From: a candidate division FCPU426 bacterium
GTDB lineage: Bacteria > Oederibacteriota > JAAXVQ01 > JAUVAV01
Reading direction: 5' to 3'
DNA length: 55,201 nt
NCBI GenBank assembly: GCA_030637655.1
Contig: DAOWGI010000115.1
Span: 1-55,201, forward strand
Below the pieces are notes generated by a model. The model saw nothing but the letters and a program-made list of their open reading frames with translations, was not told where the DNA came from and ran no database searches. Shown here one piece after another: positions 29,395 through 39,508 of the stretch. The stretch's first letter is position 1. Each line of letters starts with the position of its first letter. Position numbers and translations under genes: made by a program.

Positions 29395-30198
29395 TCATAT
29401 CTCCTTCAATCTTGTCGACACACTATCGTCTAGCTTTCGATGCAGGAGCGAGATAAGTGAAAGGTAGTCAGCCGCATCGTCTTCACCCCGCCAAAGAATT
29501 TTCGGTTCATGCGCCAAAGGATTACGGACGGCCGCGAAGCATCCTTTCAGAAGCGAAGCAAATCCTTTGTGTTCCGACTTCTCTGTCTGAGTTTGCAATG
29601 TGTTAATCGCCAAAATCGGCCATTCAATTGAAAAGACTCGATCCACGAGTTCCGCCCCATCTGCCTGAACTCCAGACACCTCGCGAATACGTTGCGCAAG
29701 ACCCTTTGAGGCTTCAAAAACTGCATGAAAATAATTTTCCTGCAGAAGCTCAGCCCGACAATATTTCAAAACTTCCGGATGGATAAGTCTTCCTTGAAAC
29801 TTTGCACGTATTGTCTGTGCCCGCGCCTCAGCTTCGTCGAGGGTTCGCGCCATCTTACACTCACGAAACTTTCCGTCCATTTCATATACCAGTCCTGAAA
29901 AGGAGAGGACGACGTTCAATTGCTGACGGAATGCCTCAAACTCCTCTTTGCGGCCAACAAAACGAGCGGGAATCAGGAACGACTGGGTAAAATCAATAAT
30001 TCGATTCGCGCACCCATGCTGTCGTTGGCAATTAAGAAAAACCCGATAAAGACGTCGCCATTTGGTTGACTCCCCAGAGTCATCCACCAGGCCTCGATCC
30101 TGCAGTACTCGAGAGATATCCGTGCCGGATCCACACTCGCCGAGCAATCGAGCAAGGGCTTCAATCTGCCCTTCAGAGAATGATGAAATAGTGCTCAT
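29395..30198 (-). CDS. TIGR02391-family protein (HEPN-like C-terminal domain); ATG 30198 likely start
   Basis: STKWRRLY, IHPEVLKYCRAELLQENYFHAVFEASKGL, RNPLAH (RxxxxH). Confidence 0.88.
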   Translation of the reverse strand: MSTISSFSEGQIEALARLLGECGSGTDISRVLQDRGLVDDSGESTKWRRLYRVFLNCQRQHGCANRIIDFTQSFLIPARFVGRKEEFEAFRQQLNVVLSFSGLVYEMDGKFRECKMARTLDEAEARAQTIRAKFQGRLIHPEVLKYCRAELLQENYFHAVFEASKGLAQRIREVSGVQADGAELVDRVFSIEWPILAINTLQTQTEKSEHKGFASLLKGCFAAVRNPLAHEPKILWRGEDDAADYLSLISLLHRKLDDSVSTRLKEI

Positions 30199-30211
30199 AT
30201 TACAGCTCCAA

Positions 30212-30538
30212 TCAAGCTCCTCGATAAACAACATCAGCATCGAGTTAATCTGAAAGGTAGGGTGAGAATCCTGCCAACAGGATTGACACTGCTACCATAT
30301 CGCGCATTTCAATAGTACGAATTGCGTTTTTCGGCCTGCCGCCATGCCGAATACCTGGATAATCACATGCAAAACTGTATAGATTCTTCATAGCTTCTTT
30401 TATTTTTGCATGCGGCTATGTACTAACCTCATCACAAATCCGGCCAAGAGTTGTTTGAGTGACGCCGGGAAACCTGCTCCCAATTGCTTCAAACAGATTG
30501 ACTTGCTTTTGGATACATGTCCTGATCCGGCCATCGGA
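30212..30538 (-). pseudogene. 5'-truncated HEPN-like gene with two nonsense codons
   Basis: SDGRIRTCIQKQVNLFEAIG...DEVST*PHAKIKEAMKNLYSFACDYPGIRHGG...FSPYLSD*LDADVVYRGA*. Confidence 0.65.
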
Positions 30539-30601
30539 TCGTTCAGCGTAGTTATTATCGTATAGTTATTGTCTAGTTCATTGTATAGTGTAATTCAATT
30601 C

Positions 30602-32008
30602 TCAATACGCATCCTTATGATGAAAGACTTCCAAAGCTGTCCGTATCAGTATCTTAATATCCAGCACCAAAGACCAATTCTCCACATACCACAGATCATA
30701 CTTGATCCGTTCTTCAATGGGGGTATCGCCACGCAATCCGTGCACTTGTGCCCAGCCGGTCAGACCGGCTTTGACTTTGTGCCGTTCCAAATACCGGGGT
30801 ATCATGGTCTTGAACTGATCCACAAAGTGCGGGCGCTCGGGTCTCGGACCCACTAAACTCATTTCTCCTTTGAGGATATTAAAGAGCTGAGGCAGTTCAT
30901 CCAAAGAGGTTCTACGCATAAACGCTCCAATCCTGGTCGTACGGCTATCCCCTTTGGTGGCCCAGACCGGGCCGGTTTCTTTTTCCGCACCCGTGCGCAT
31001 GGAGCGAAATTTAAGCACCATAAAAGGTGTGTTGCCTCGCCCAACCCGCTCCTGCTTGAAAAAGACCGGACCAGGAGACGATAGTTTCACTGACAGCGCC
31101 AAAATTATAAACACGGGCGACAATACGATTAATCCCGGAATGGTGAAGACCAAATCAAGACTTCGCTTGGCAATGCGCGAAGTCATCCTGGATAAGGGAG
31201 ATTCTTTTAAGGCAAACACCGGTATGCCATAGATTTGATCAATGGACATGGGATTGGTAATAATCCCGAACAAGTCCGAAACAATCTTAAACTCCGCCCC
31301 GGTTTCTTCCACACGCATGACCTGCTTTTCCAAATCAGCATACGCTTGGGCCGGCAAAGCAAAAATGACTTCAGCAATATTTTCTTTCTTAATAATTTTA
31401 GGTAATTTGCTCATGGATCCCAAAACAGGCAATTTTTCAAACACTTTGGGATGTTTTTCCTTTTCCGAGACTACGCCTATCAAGCGGTAGCCTAACCCTG
31501 GATAGCGTTTGATCTGATCAGCCACGGTTTTGCTGGTCTGGGTTAAGCCTACCAGCACCAGCCGTGAAATACCCACTCCGCGCCGTCGCAAGATCACTTG
31601 CATACGCCGTAAAAAATTACGCATTCCGGTGACTAAGACAATGGAAAATATCCAGGCATAGATCAAGACCACCCGGGAATAGGCCACCCGGCTGGAGAAA
31701 TAGGTCAAACCAATGATAATGAAGAAAGCCACTGTCGTGGCTCGTACAATGCGGGAAAACTCATCAACTCCGGAAATACCCCGCCGCTGCAAATATAATC
31801 CGGCATATTGATAGCATATCAATACCACCAGAATCACCACTGGAACAACGTGCACATAAATTTTTACAGCCGGAGGATCATGCAGTACTGGAATCGGCCA
31901 ACCGGAAAAACGCAGGAAGTAGGCAGCCACCAAAGCGCTTCCGGCCGCGATACTGTCGGCGCCTATATTAAAATAATGAAATAACCGGGTCATTCCCTTG
32001 CGAACCAT
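30602..32008 (-). CDS. Undecaprenyl-phosphate glucose phosphotransferase (WcaJ family)
   Basis: [39 protein letters not shown]. Confidence 0.93.
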   Translation of the reverse strand: MVRKGMTRLFHYFNIGADSIAAGSALVAAYFLRFSGWPIPVLHDPPAVKIYVHVVPVVILVVLICYQYAGLYLQRRGISGVDEFSRIVRATTVAFFIIIGLTYFSSRVAYSRVVLIYAWIFSIVLVTGMRNFLRRMQVILRRRGVGISRLVLVGLTQTSKTVADQIKRYPGLGYRLIGVVSEKEKHPKVFEKLPVLGSMSKLPKIIKKENIAEVIFALPAQAYADLEKQVMRVEETGAEFKIVSDLFGIITNPMSIDQIYGIPVFALKESPLSRMTSRIAKRSLDLVFTIPGLIVLSPVFIILALSVKLSSPGPVFFKQERVGRGNTPFMVLKFRSMRTGAEKETGPVWATKGDSRTTRIGAFMRRTSLDELPQLFNILKGEMSLVGPRPERPHFVDQFKTMIPRYLERHKVKAGLTGWAQVHGLRGDTPIEERIKYDLWYVENWSLVLDIKILIRTALEVFHHKDAY

Positions 32009-33132
32009 TATTTCTTTTCTCCATAATGCTGCAACGACTGCTGAATAGCCTGCATTAATTTCTGTTTAAAACGAGGACGGTCAAACTCCCTGGCCCGGGA
32101 TTGAATCCGATTGGCATCCCACTCCAAATTCTGTGAACGTTTTACGGCATCTGCCAATGAGGATGCTTTGGGTTCATTAAAAAAAAGTCCGGTTTTCCCC
32201 TCCTTCACGGTTTCCAATGCCCCTCCCTTAGCATACGCGATAACCGGCCGGCCGGAAGCCATGGCTTCCAAAGGAGTAATGCCGAAGTCTTCTTCGCCCG
32301 GAAAAATAAAGGCCCGGCACCTGGCATACAACCTGTTCAATTCTTCCTGCTCACAGCGCCGCTTAAAGGTGATGTTTTTCTTGGCTATTTTACCCAACCG
32401 TTTGAATTCCGGACCGTCTCCAACTACAATTAATTTTTCACCCAATTGATTAAAGGCCTCGACTGCCCGGTCGATGCGTTTGTATGGCGCTAAGGCGGAA
32501 AGAATAAAATAATAATCCCCAATTTCCACGGCAGTGCCGAATTTTTCTCCTTCCACCGGAGGATGCACCACCACCGCATCCCGGCCATAATAATTTTTAA
32601 TACGCTTGGCTACATGCGCGGAATTGGCAATAAAATAATCCACACGCTGCGAGGAGACCACATCCCAGACCCGCAACCGGCTAATGGCCAGTGGAATAAA
32701 TTTCCGTTTGAACCAACCCAGCCGGTGCGCGGGAAAATATTCGTGATACTGTTCCCAGGCATAGCGCATGGGCGTGTGGCAGTAACAAATATGAGGCACC
32801 TGGGGTTCGGTCAAGACTCCCTTGGCTACACAGTGGGAAGTGGAAATGACCAGGTCATACCCGCGCAAATCAAATTGCTCTATGGCCGCTGGAAAGAGCG
32901 GTAAAAGATGGCGATAAAATTTCTTAGCACCGGGAATCTTTTGAATAAACGAGGTTTTGACCTGATGCCTGCGAATGGTCGCCGAGAGTTTCTTGGGTTC
33001 ATACAACAAGGTAAATATATCTGCCATGGGATACATCTCGCAGAGCACTTCTAAAACTTTTTCTCCACCGCGCATTCCGTTGAGCCAGTCATGAACCAGA
33101 GCTACTTTCATTGCTTCCGATATCCTTTCCAA
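32008..33132 (-). CDS. Glycosyltransferase family 4
   Basis: VHDWLNGMRGGEKVL, YCHTPMRYAW, EDFGITPLEAMASG. Confidence 0.93.
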   Translation of the reverse strand: MERISEAMKVALVHDWLNGMRGGEKVLEVLCEMYPMADIFTLLYEPKKLSATIRRHQVKTSFIQKIPGAKKFYRHLLPLFPAAIEQFDLRGYDLVISTSHCVAKGVLTEPQVPHICYCHTPMRYAWEQYHEYFPAHRLGWFKRKFIPLAISRLRVWDVVSSQRVDYFIANSAHVAKRIKNYYGRDAVVVHPPVEGEKFGTAVEIGDYYFILSALAPYKRIDRAVEAFNQLGEKLIVVGDGPEFKRLGKIAKKNITFKRRCEQEELNRLYARCRAFIFPGEEDFGITPLEAMASGRPVIAYAKGGALETVKEGKTGLFFNEPKASSLADAVKRSQNLEWDANRIQSRAREFDRPRFKQKLMQAIQQSLQHYGEKK

Positions 33133-34277
33133 TGCATTAATTCGTCCACAGCCTGCATGACCTCTGTGCTGCTTATGGTTTCCATGCAGATCAAGTGTTT
33201 TTCCTGACAGACTGTAACATTTTTTCGTTTTACAGTGACTGGATTATAACACGGAGCACACGGCAATGACTTGTGAATTGTACGGTGTTGTTCTCCGCGC
33301 GGCGCCAATAAAGCCGGATCGGTCGGACCAAAAATTGAAACCGTAGGAATCCCTACTGCATCAGCTATATGCAATGGTCCTGAGTCTCCGCCCACAAATA
33401 AAACACATTTTTGCAGCAGAGCAGCCAGCAAAAGCAAACTGGTCTTTCCTTCTGAGCGAATGACCGCCTCACTCCAGGATTGTTTGGCTACCAGTTCATC
33501 TCCAACTGCAACATCATCCTGATTCCCGATTAAAAGTATACGTGCTCCATAGTTTTTTACCAATTTCCCACAAACTGCTTGAAATCCTTGCACTGACCAG
33601 CGCTTGGTGACCATCCGTGTTCCCGGATTGACACCGCCGGCAGGAAATACGGCAATCAGCGGCGCGGCTTTGCCTTCCGGATAGCCCTGCTGGTTTAAAA
33701 AAGCAGTGGCAGCGGCCGAAGCTGTGGGCGGAGGCTGCAATTTTGGAGCAATATCCTTGGTATGAATATCCAAGGGTTCCAAGCAATCCAAATGCCGGTC
33801 AATCTCATGCTTGGTCTCTCGAAACGGCACTGGATGGGTATGCGCAAAACCCCCTCCTTGCCAATTAAACCCGATTCTAACCGGCACTCCGGCCATGGCT
33901 GCCAATATGCCTGCCAAAGGAGTGCGATGCAAGACTAGGGCCAGATCAATATTTCTGGCTTTGATTTCCTGAATCACACGCCGGGTCCGGCGTAATTTCT
34001 CCAACCAAGTCACCTTGTCATAGGCATTGAATTCAATCACATCTTGTACGCGCGGATCCGCGGCTGCCAACTCCCGGCACCAGGAGCAGACCATATATGT
34101 GATTTTGGCCCTTGGAAATGCTTCCTGCAAGGCGCGTAACAAGGGAGTGGTAAATAAAATATCGCCAATACAGCATAATTTTACTACCAGTATCCTTTGT
34201 ATGTTAGCAGTAACAATGGGTCGTTTGGGAAAAAAACAACATAGTAGTTTAGCGAAAAAGTATATGAGTTGCTTCAT
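33108..34277 (-). CDS. Glycosyltransferase family 9 (heptosyltransferase-like)
   Basis: IGDILFTTPLLRAL, KRW, DSGPLHIA, FGPT, CAPC. Confidence 0.9.
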   Translation of the reverse strand: MKQLIYFFAKLLCCFFPKRPIVTANIQRILVVKLCCIGDILFTTPLLRALQEAFPRAKITYMVCSWCRELAAADPRVQDVIEFNAYDKVTWLEKLRRTRRVIQEIKARNIDLALVLHRTPLAGILAAMAGVPVRIGFNWQGGGFAHTHPVPFRETKHEIDRHLDCLEPLDIHTKDIAPKLQPPPTASAAATAFLNQQGYPEGKAAPLIAVFPAGGVNPGTRMVTKRWSVQGFQAVCGKLVKNYGARILLIGNQDDVAVGDELVAKQSWSEAVIRSEGKTSLLLLAALLQKCVLFVGGDSGPLHIADAVGIPTVSIFGPTDPALLAPRGEQHRTIHKSLPCAPCYNPVTVKRKNVTVCQEKHLICMETISSTEVMQAVDELMHWKGYRKQ

Positions 34278-34329
34278 AGGATAAAAATGTCACTTCCTTT
34301 ATATATTTGATTGTTCAAGCAGTTAGCCG

Positions 34330-34556
34330 GTATCATGTCAGTGACGCGAGAAAGACATATGGTCTGCTGATTTATTTTTTCCCAGGGGGAAAGCGCGCTC
34401 TTACCCAGCCGGATACGAAATTCTAAATAAGTTATCCGTTCGGCAATTTTGAATTTGCGCATTTGGAGGCAAGTCGCGTCCCTGGGAAAAAATAAATCAG
34501 CAGACCATATGTTTCCGGGTTATTCGCCAAAACACAGCACTTCACTGACATGTTAC
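34330..34556. mobile_element. MITE copy 4 (227 bp) with nested 156-bp IR-bounded core
   Basis: TIR gtatcatgtcagtga/tcactgacatgttac; perfect 8-bp TSD GTTAGCCG (34322-34329, 34557-34564); inner 33-bp perfect IR. Confidence 0.9.
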
Positions 34557-34557
34557 G

Positions 34558-35682
34558 TTAGCCGTTCAAATACACTTGCGCCTGAACCAGCACTTCCTCC
34601 ACTGCGACCACTCGCCAGGGTTCACGTATTACTTTCGCGCGTACTTGACTGCCCCACGGACCCCATTCCTCCGGTGTATTGGTCTCGCTCCACAGCAGAA
34701 TAGTGGGTATTCCCTGGGTAATAGCCAGATGTCCGGGTCCGGAATCATTTCCTATAAAAAGATCTGCGGCTGTGATCAAGGCAGCCAATTCTCTGATTTT
34801 TGTTTTCCCGGCCAAATTCCGTACAGGACGCGAACATTGCTCAAGCACGGACTGTATATGCTTGGTCTCGCTAGCTGTACCTACTAACACCAGCTCATAT
34901 CCCTGAGCGGTCAGGGTATCACAAACTTGAGCAAAAGCACTTGTTGGCCACACTTTCTGAGTATCTCCGGCAGAAACATGCAGCACAATGTGTTTGTTAT
35001 TGCTCAGCCACCAGGCGCGACCGGCTTGTCTTTCCTGTTCACTCAAAACCAGAGGTGTATAGCTCTCAGGCAGAACTACCTGAGAGCTACCGGGAATTAC
35101 TGCCAGATCCCGCTCAACTTCATGACGGCCAACCTGCAAACTCAGAAGTTTATGAAGCAAAAATCCTCCGCCGGTTATGCCATATCCAACACGAACACGC
35201 ACGCCTGCCAGAAAGAGCATTACATGATGCCGCAGATCACCCCGCAGATCAAACGAAAGATCAATGCGTTTGGCTTGCAATAGTTTTACCATGGACCAGA
35301 ACGATTTTTTATGCTGTAGCGAACGTGAGCGCGCAAACCAAGGCGCATCCCATATCATAATCTCATCTATCCCCGGTTCGTTAGTTAATAGCGCAGCGCC
35401 TACACTTGAGACCAAGGCCGTGATTTTAGCCTTAGGATAACGAGCTCTCATTGTTGCCAAGGCCGGTCTTGAAAACAACACATCCCCCATGTGATCCAAA
35501 CGCACAATGAGTATGGTGGCCGGATTTTCCAAAATATCCTGAACCAACTGCCGGCCGCGGCCCTTAGTCATGATCCGAACCAGCACGGTTCCTATGGCAT
35601 CCAGCAATCCTATTGCCAGGCGTTTACCCCAGAAACGATATATATACTTCCGGCTTCCCCGGGAAGCAGCTATGGCTTTCAT
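34558..35682 (-). CDS. Glycosyltransferase family 9
   Basis: RLDHMGDVL, KVWP, NDSGPGHLA. Confidence 0.88.
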   Translation of the reverse strand: MKAIAASRGSRKYIYRFWGKRLAIGLLDAIGTVLVRIMTKGRGRQLVQDILENPATILIVRLDHMGDVLFSRPALATMRARYPKAKITALVSSVGAALLTNEPGIDEIMIWDAPWFARSRSLQHKKSFWSMVKLLQAKRIDLSFDLRGDLRHHVMLFLAGVRVRVGYGITGGGFLLHKLLSLQVGRHEVERDLAVIPGSSQVVLPESYTPLVLSEQERQAGRAWWLSNNKHIVLHVSAGDTQKVWPTSAFAQVCDTLTAQGYELVLVGTASETKHIQSVLEQCSRPVRNLAGKTKIRELAALITAADLFIGNDSGPGHLAITQGIPTILLWSETNTPEEWGPWGSQVRAKVIREPWRVVAVEEVLVQAQVYLNG

Positions 35683-37196
35683 TTTGTATCCTTACTTTTG
35701 AATTCTACAATTTCAATACCGCCTAGCTTTTGTTCTGATGGCACTTGGTATCTTTTTTCGAACCACTCACGTACAATACGCTGAGCTTCTCCTGAATTGA
35801 CCAGCACCAGCCAAACGCGTGCTTGTCCTGAAAACCTGGATTCCAACTGCTGCATATTCTCAAAATCAATGTGAAAATAGTTGTCTGTCTCCCCGCTTAT
35901 CGGATCGTAAGTACCCGGAATTCCCTGTATGGGCAATTGCTGCTGCAAATAATAGTCCAGGGGTGTCTCGTTCCAGGCCGGATAGACAGCTACCATGTCA
36001 TGTTCTTGCGCGTGCGTTTTGATGTGCGTTGCCACTTCCCGCCAATTGTCATAGTACCCATACACAAAATACTGGTTTCCCAAGGGTATTAAAAAAGCCA
36101 ATAAAACAATGCTGTTCGCCACCCAAAATTTCCAGCGCGGTAAGAGTGAGAGCAAACCGGCCAGCAGAATGAACAACATCACTGCTGAAACACTCAGATA
36201 ACGATTATCAAAAACATTCAGTTTGTACATCGAATACGCCCAAACTCCGCCCAGGGGAACAAAGAGCAAGCACAACACCAACCCCCAGACCCGTGGCCGC
36301 AGCAATTGGAAGCTGACAGCAAATCGCCGCGTAGCATACAACGCTACTCCAAGCACAACCAATCCCAGACCGCTAATAACCAAGAGTTTGTTCCACCACG
36401 TCCAGCAAGCGGTACCGACTAAAAAAGTATAAAGTGAGTGAAGGGGTTCCCACCAGCGTGCCCCCACACCACGCCAGGCCGGACCGCCTTTGCTCAAATG
36501 ATTCCAAAAATAGGTCAACCAGGGCGCAAAACCAACCAAGATAAACATCTGCAAAAGCATCCAGTGTTTACGTGAAGAACGGGAGAGATTTAATTTTCCA
36601 ATCCCCATAAAAACAAATAGGTGCTGAGCAAAAAAAATCAAAAAGGCAAAATAATGTGTATAAACGGCTGCCAGAGTAAAGACCCAGTACCCTATAAAGG
36701 ATGCCAAATTTTCCCTTTCAAGGATTTTCCAGAAAAAATAAACTGAGAGCAGGGAGAAAAAGGCCAACTGAGCTGCCATGCGTCCGGAGCGTGAAATCTC
36801 AACAAAATACGGTGAGCAGGCAATCATTACTGTTGCAATCCAGGCCGCGCGTTGATTCACCCAGCCGCGGGTCAGGACAAAGACAATTGGAATAAGGCAT
36901 GCTCCAAATACAGCAGACAAGGAGCGCAGAGCAAATTCACTGGTTCCAAACACACGAATCCAGCCGGCTAAAAACAGATAAAAGAGCGGCGGATGAATAT
37001 CTTGCGCTGCGCCGGAAAATATCCCGGAAAGCGAGGCCGCTGCCAAGCGCAAACTGTACGCTTCGTCCAGCCAGAGGGATCTAAATTCCAAATGAAACAA
37101 CCGGAGCAGCAATGCTGCCAGAGTGAGACTGAGCAACAACCCCTGGGTACGATACTCTCTGAATTTTATTTTTTGTAGAAATGATTTATACTCCAT
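35679..37196 (-). CDS. GT-C (GT39/ArnT-like) polyprenyl-sugar-dependent glycosyltransferase
   Basis: SLWLDEAYS, DIHPPLFY, FGTSEFALRSLS, YTHY, multiple TM helices. Confidence 0.88.
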   Translation of the reverse strand: MEYKSFLQKIKFREYRTQGLLLSLTLAALLLRLFHLEFRSLWLDEAYSLRLAAASLSGIFSGAAQDIHPPLFYLFLAGWIRVFGTSEFALRSLSAVFGACLIPIVFVLTRGWVNQRAAWIATVMIACSPYFVEISRSGRMAAQLAFFSLLSVYFFWKILERENLASFIGYWVFTLAAVYTHYFAFLIFFAQHLFVFMGIGKLNLSRSSRKHWMLLQMFILVGFAPWLTYFWNHLSKGGPAWRGVGARWWEPLHSLYTFLVGTACWTWWNKLLVISGLGLVVLGVALYATRRFAVSFQLLRPRVWGLVLCLLFVPLGGVWAYSMYKLNVFDNRYLSVSAVMLFILLAGLLSLLPRWKFWVANSIVLLAFLIPLGNQYFVYGYYDNWREVATHIKTHAQEHDMVAVYPAWNETPLDYYLQQQLPIQGIPGTYDPISGETDNYFHIDFENMQQLESRFSGQARVWLVLVNSGEAQRIVREWFEKRYQVPSEQKLGGIEIVEFKSKDTK

Positions 37197-38349
37197 TACT
37201 TGTGTTCGCTTTGTTTTTTTTATCCAACACCTGCGCGTAAATTTCTTCTACCTGTTGAATGGTTTTCTCCCAGGAGTATTGCTCTGCCGTCGCGCGCGCG
37301 GCTTGACCCATTTGTTTTCGCCGCGCTTCGTCCTGGAGCAAATGCTCCATGGCCTGGACCACCACCTCGGTTTTCGCTCGAAAAGGCAATAATATTCCTT
37401 CTCTCTCAGCTGTGAGCAACTCGGCCACACCGGCATTGCGAGTTAAAAGGATGGGTAATCCGCAGGCCATGGCTTCCAACACTGTCAGACCAAAGGATTC
37501 GTACTCCGGCAAGGCGGCATAGATATCCCCGGAAGCATATATTGGCAGGGTATTCTGCCGGGCTTGAGTAAAGTGAACACGTTTTTCCAGGCCCAAGTAT
37601 TTGGCCAGCCGCCTCAGTCCCGGAAAACGCGCACTGCCGGAAGCAATCAACAGATGCGTTTTTTGATTCTCCAAAACAGCCAAGGCGCGCATCAATCGTT
37701 TTGCCCCTTTTAAACGCGGTGTATTAGCAACCAGGACAAATACTATGTCCTGCGGGTCAAAACCAAATTGCCGGCGATGAAGACTACGGCTGTTGGCCAG
37801 TTTGTCCGGCGAAAAAGTTTGCACATCCACTCCAGGATAGATGACGCAAATCGGTATTCCGCGGGTACCGGGATAGGCCACCTTAATCTGTCGTGCCACC
37901 TGCTTGGAAACTGCCACAATAACTTGGGCACTTGACAAGGCTCTTTGCTCCTGCGCCACTACCACACGATGGGCCGGACTAAACCATTTGCGTACTCTGT
38001 TTAGCCAGGTGGGATTTAATTTCAGTGAGGCCTGCATACCTGCCAAATGACAGGAATGCGCAGTGACCACATCTCCCCAGCTTCCGTCTGATCCCTGGGT
38101 ATGCACCACATCATAGTCCTGCTGTTGTGCCACCAAGCCCGCTTTGGCGCTAAAAGCCAGAATAGAATGCCATAAGGGTTTGTCCGGAATTAAAATGGGC
38201 ACAACCACAGCGTGACAGTCAGTCACTTCCCGCGGATTAGTTAATACCGTGACCTCATGCCGCCGGCTCAAACGGTTGGCCAATTCATGCGTGTACAATT
38301 CAATTCCCGCTCCTGGCCGACATCCCCGCGCAATCAACGCAATTCGCAT
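37186..38349 (-). CDS. Glycosyltransferase family 4
   Basis: YESFGLTVLEAMACGLP. Confidence 0.9.
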   Translation of the reverse strand: MRIALIARGCRPGAGIELYTHELANRLSRRHEVTVLTNPREVTDCHAVVVPILIPDKPLWHSILAFSAKAGLVAQQQDYDVVHTQGSDGSWGDVVTAHSCHLAGMQASLKLNPTWLNRVRKWFSPAHRVVVAQEQRALSSAQVIVAVSKQVARQIKVAYPGTRGIPICVIYPGVDVQTFSPDKLANSRSLHRRQFGFDPQDIVFVLVANTPRLKGAKRLMRALAVLENQKTHLLIASGSARFPGLRRLAKYLGLEKRVHFTQARQNTLPIYASGDIYAALPEYESFGLTVLEAMACGLPILLTRNAGVAELLTAEREGILLPFRAKTEVVVQAMEHLLQDEARRKQMGQAARATAEQYSWEKTIQQVEEIYAQVLDKKNKANTSNGV

Positions 38350-38354
38350 TCTCT

Positions 38355-39461
38355 TTACCTTTCGAGCATTTGTTGGTAAACGCGCAATGTCTGCTGCGCC
38401 ACCTTTTCAGTAGTGAAATGCCGTAATACCCGTTCACGCCCTTTTTTTCCGAGCGCTGTAGCCAGGTGATGATCCTGGTACAAATCAGCAATATGCTCTG
38501 CCAAGGACTTCCAATCTTTTTCCGGAAAGATTCGGCCGGCTTCACCAATAACATTGGGAATCTCTCCGGAGTTTGAACCCAGCACCGGAATCTCACACGC
38601 CATGGCTTCCACTAAAACCCGTCCGAATTGTTCTTTCCAATCCGGCTGGGTATGCGAGGGCAAGACTAAAACATCTAATTGTTGTAACGCCTTGGGCATT
38701 TCATGATTCGAAATAGCGGCCTTGAATGTGATCTGTTTCTCAAATCCCAGTATTTTTACTTGCTGTTTAAGTTCCGCTTCCGCGGGGCCACACCCGGTAA
38801 TGATCATACGCCAAGGAAAACCGAGCTCAACCACAGCACGCAACAATGTCATAATGCCTTTTTCCTCGCACAAGCGTCCGAAGAATCCTATGGTATAGAC
38901 AGGTTTGACCACATTCATAACAGAATACGGACGAAAGTTTTCCGGATTCACCCCATATTGAGGTATGACCGTACATTTTTTTTCGAATCCGCGGCAAGAT
39001 AAAACCGAGACAGCTTCCTGATTGCCGGCAATGGCCCATGAGATATGACGGCGAACCCAGCGATCAATCCAGCGCAGGGGTAATTTGTAGTCGCGTAAAA
39101 TATTCTCCCAAGTAAAGAAAACACAGGGAATCTTGGCGTGTTTGGCCAAGCGGAGCGCTTGCCAGGTAATTATCGCATACGGCTCTTCTTCCACATGGAT
39201 AAGGTCCGGTTTGATTTTAGCTGTTACTGCTGCCAACCCCAACAGATGCCAGCCACCCACTTTTCCAATCCAACGCGTTGGCAAGCTATGAATGGTAATA
39301 CCGTTTTCCGGGCCTGAGGCCGGCGCTGCCACAGGACGCCCACCTTCCGGCCAACCGGACGGCAGCACTAAGTGAATGTCACAGCCCAGCCGGGTTAATT
39401 CATGAAATTTCTCCCGATACACAGACACCACTGCACTGTGCGAAATAACAAGTACTTTCAT
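38355..39461 (-). CDS. Glycosyltransferase family 4
   Basis: HVEEEP, WKEQFGRVLVEAMAC. Confidence 0.92.
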   Translation of the reverse strand: MKVLVISHSAVVSVYREKFHELTRLGCDIHLVLPSGWPEGGRPVAAPASGPENGITIHSLPTRWIGKVGGWHLLGLAAVTAKIKPDLIHVEEEPYAIITWQALRLAKHAKIPCVFFTWENILRDYKLPLRWIDRWVRRHISWAIAGNQEAVSVLSCRGFEKKCTVIPQYGVNPENFRPYSVMNVVKPVYTIGFFGRLCEEKGIMTLLRAVVELGFPWRMIITGCGPAEAELKQQVKILGFEKQITFKAAISNHEMPKALQQLDVLVLPSHTQPDWKEQFGRVLVEAMACEIPVLGSNSGEIPNVIGEAGRIFPEKDWKSLAEHIADLYQDHHLATALGKKGRERVLRHFTTEKVAQQTLRVYQQMLER

Positions 39462-39508
39462 ACTTACTCCTTATAATGAAATGAATCAACAAAATTATAA
39501 GCTATTTA

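Noticed and set aside
30212-30243. Third HsdS C-terminal scar (LDADVVYRGA*)
   Set aside because: It is in frame with the upstream HEPN-like pseudogene and is better read as its natural end.
30548-30590. TAGTT(A/C)-type short repeats as an att or iteron site
   Set aside because: Three degenerate AT-rich units with no partner at the other island end and no integrase.
34274-34703. Short ORFs 34274-34462 and 34449-34703
   Set aside because: They derive from MITE sequence or are antisense to the GT9 gene.
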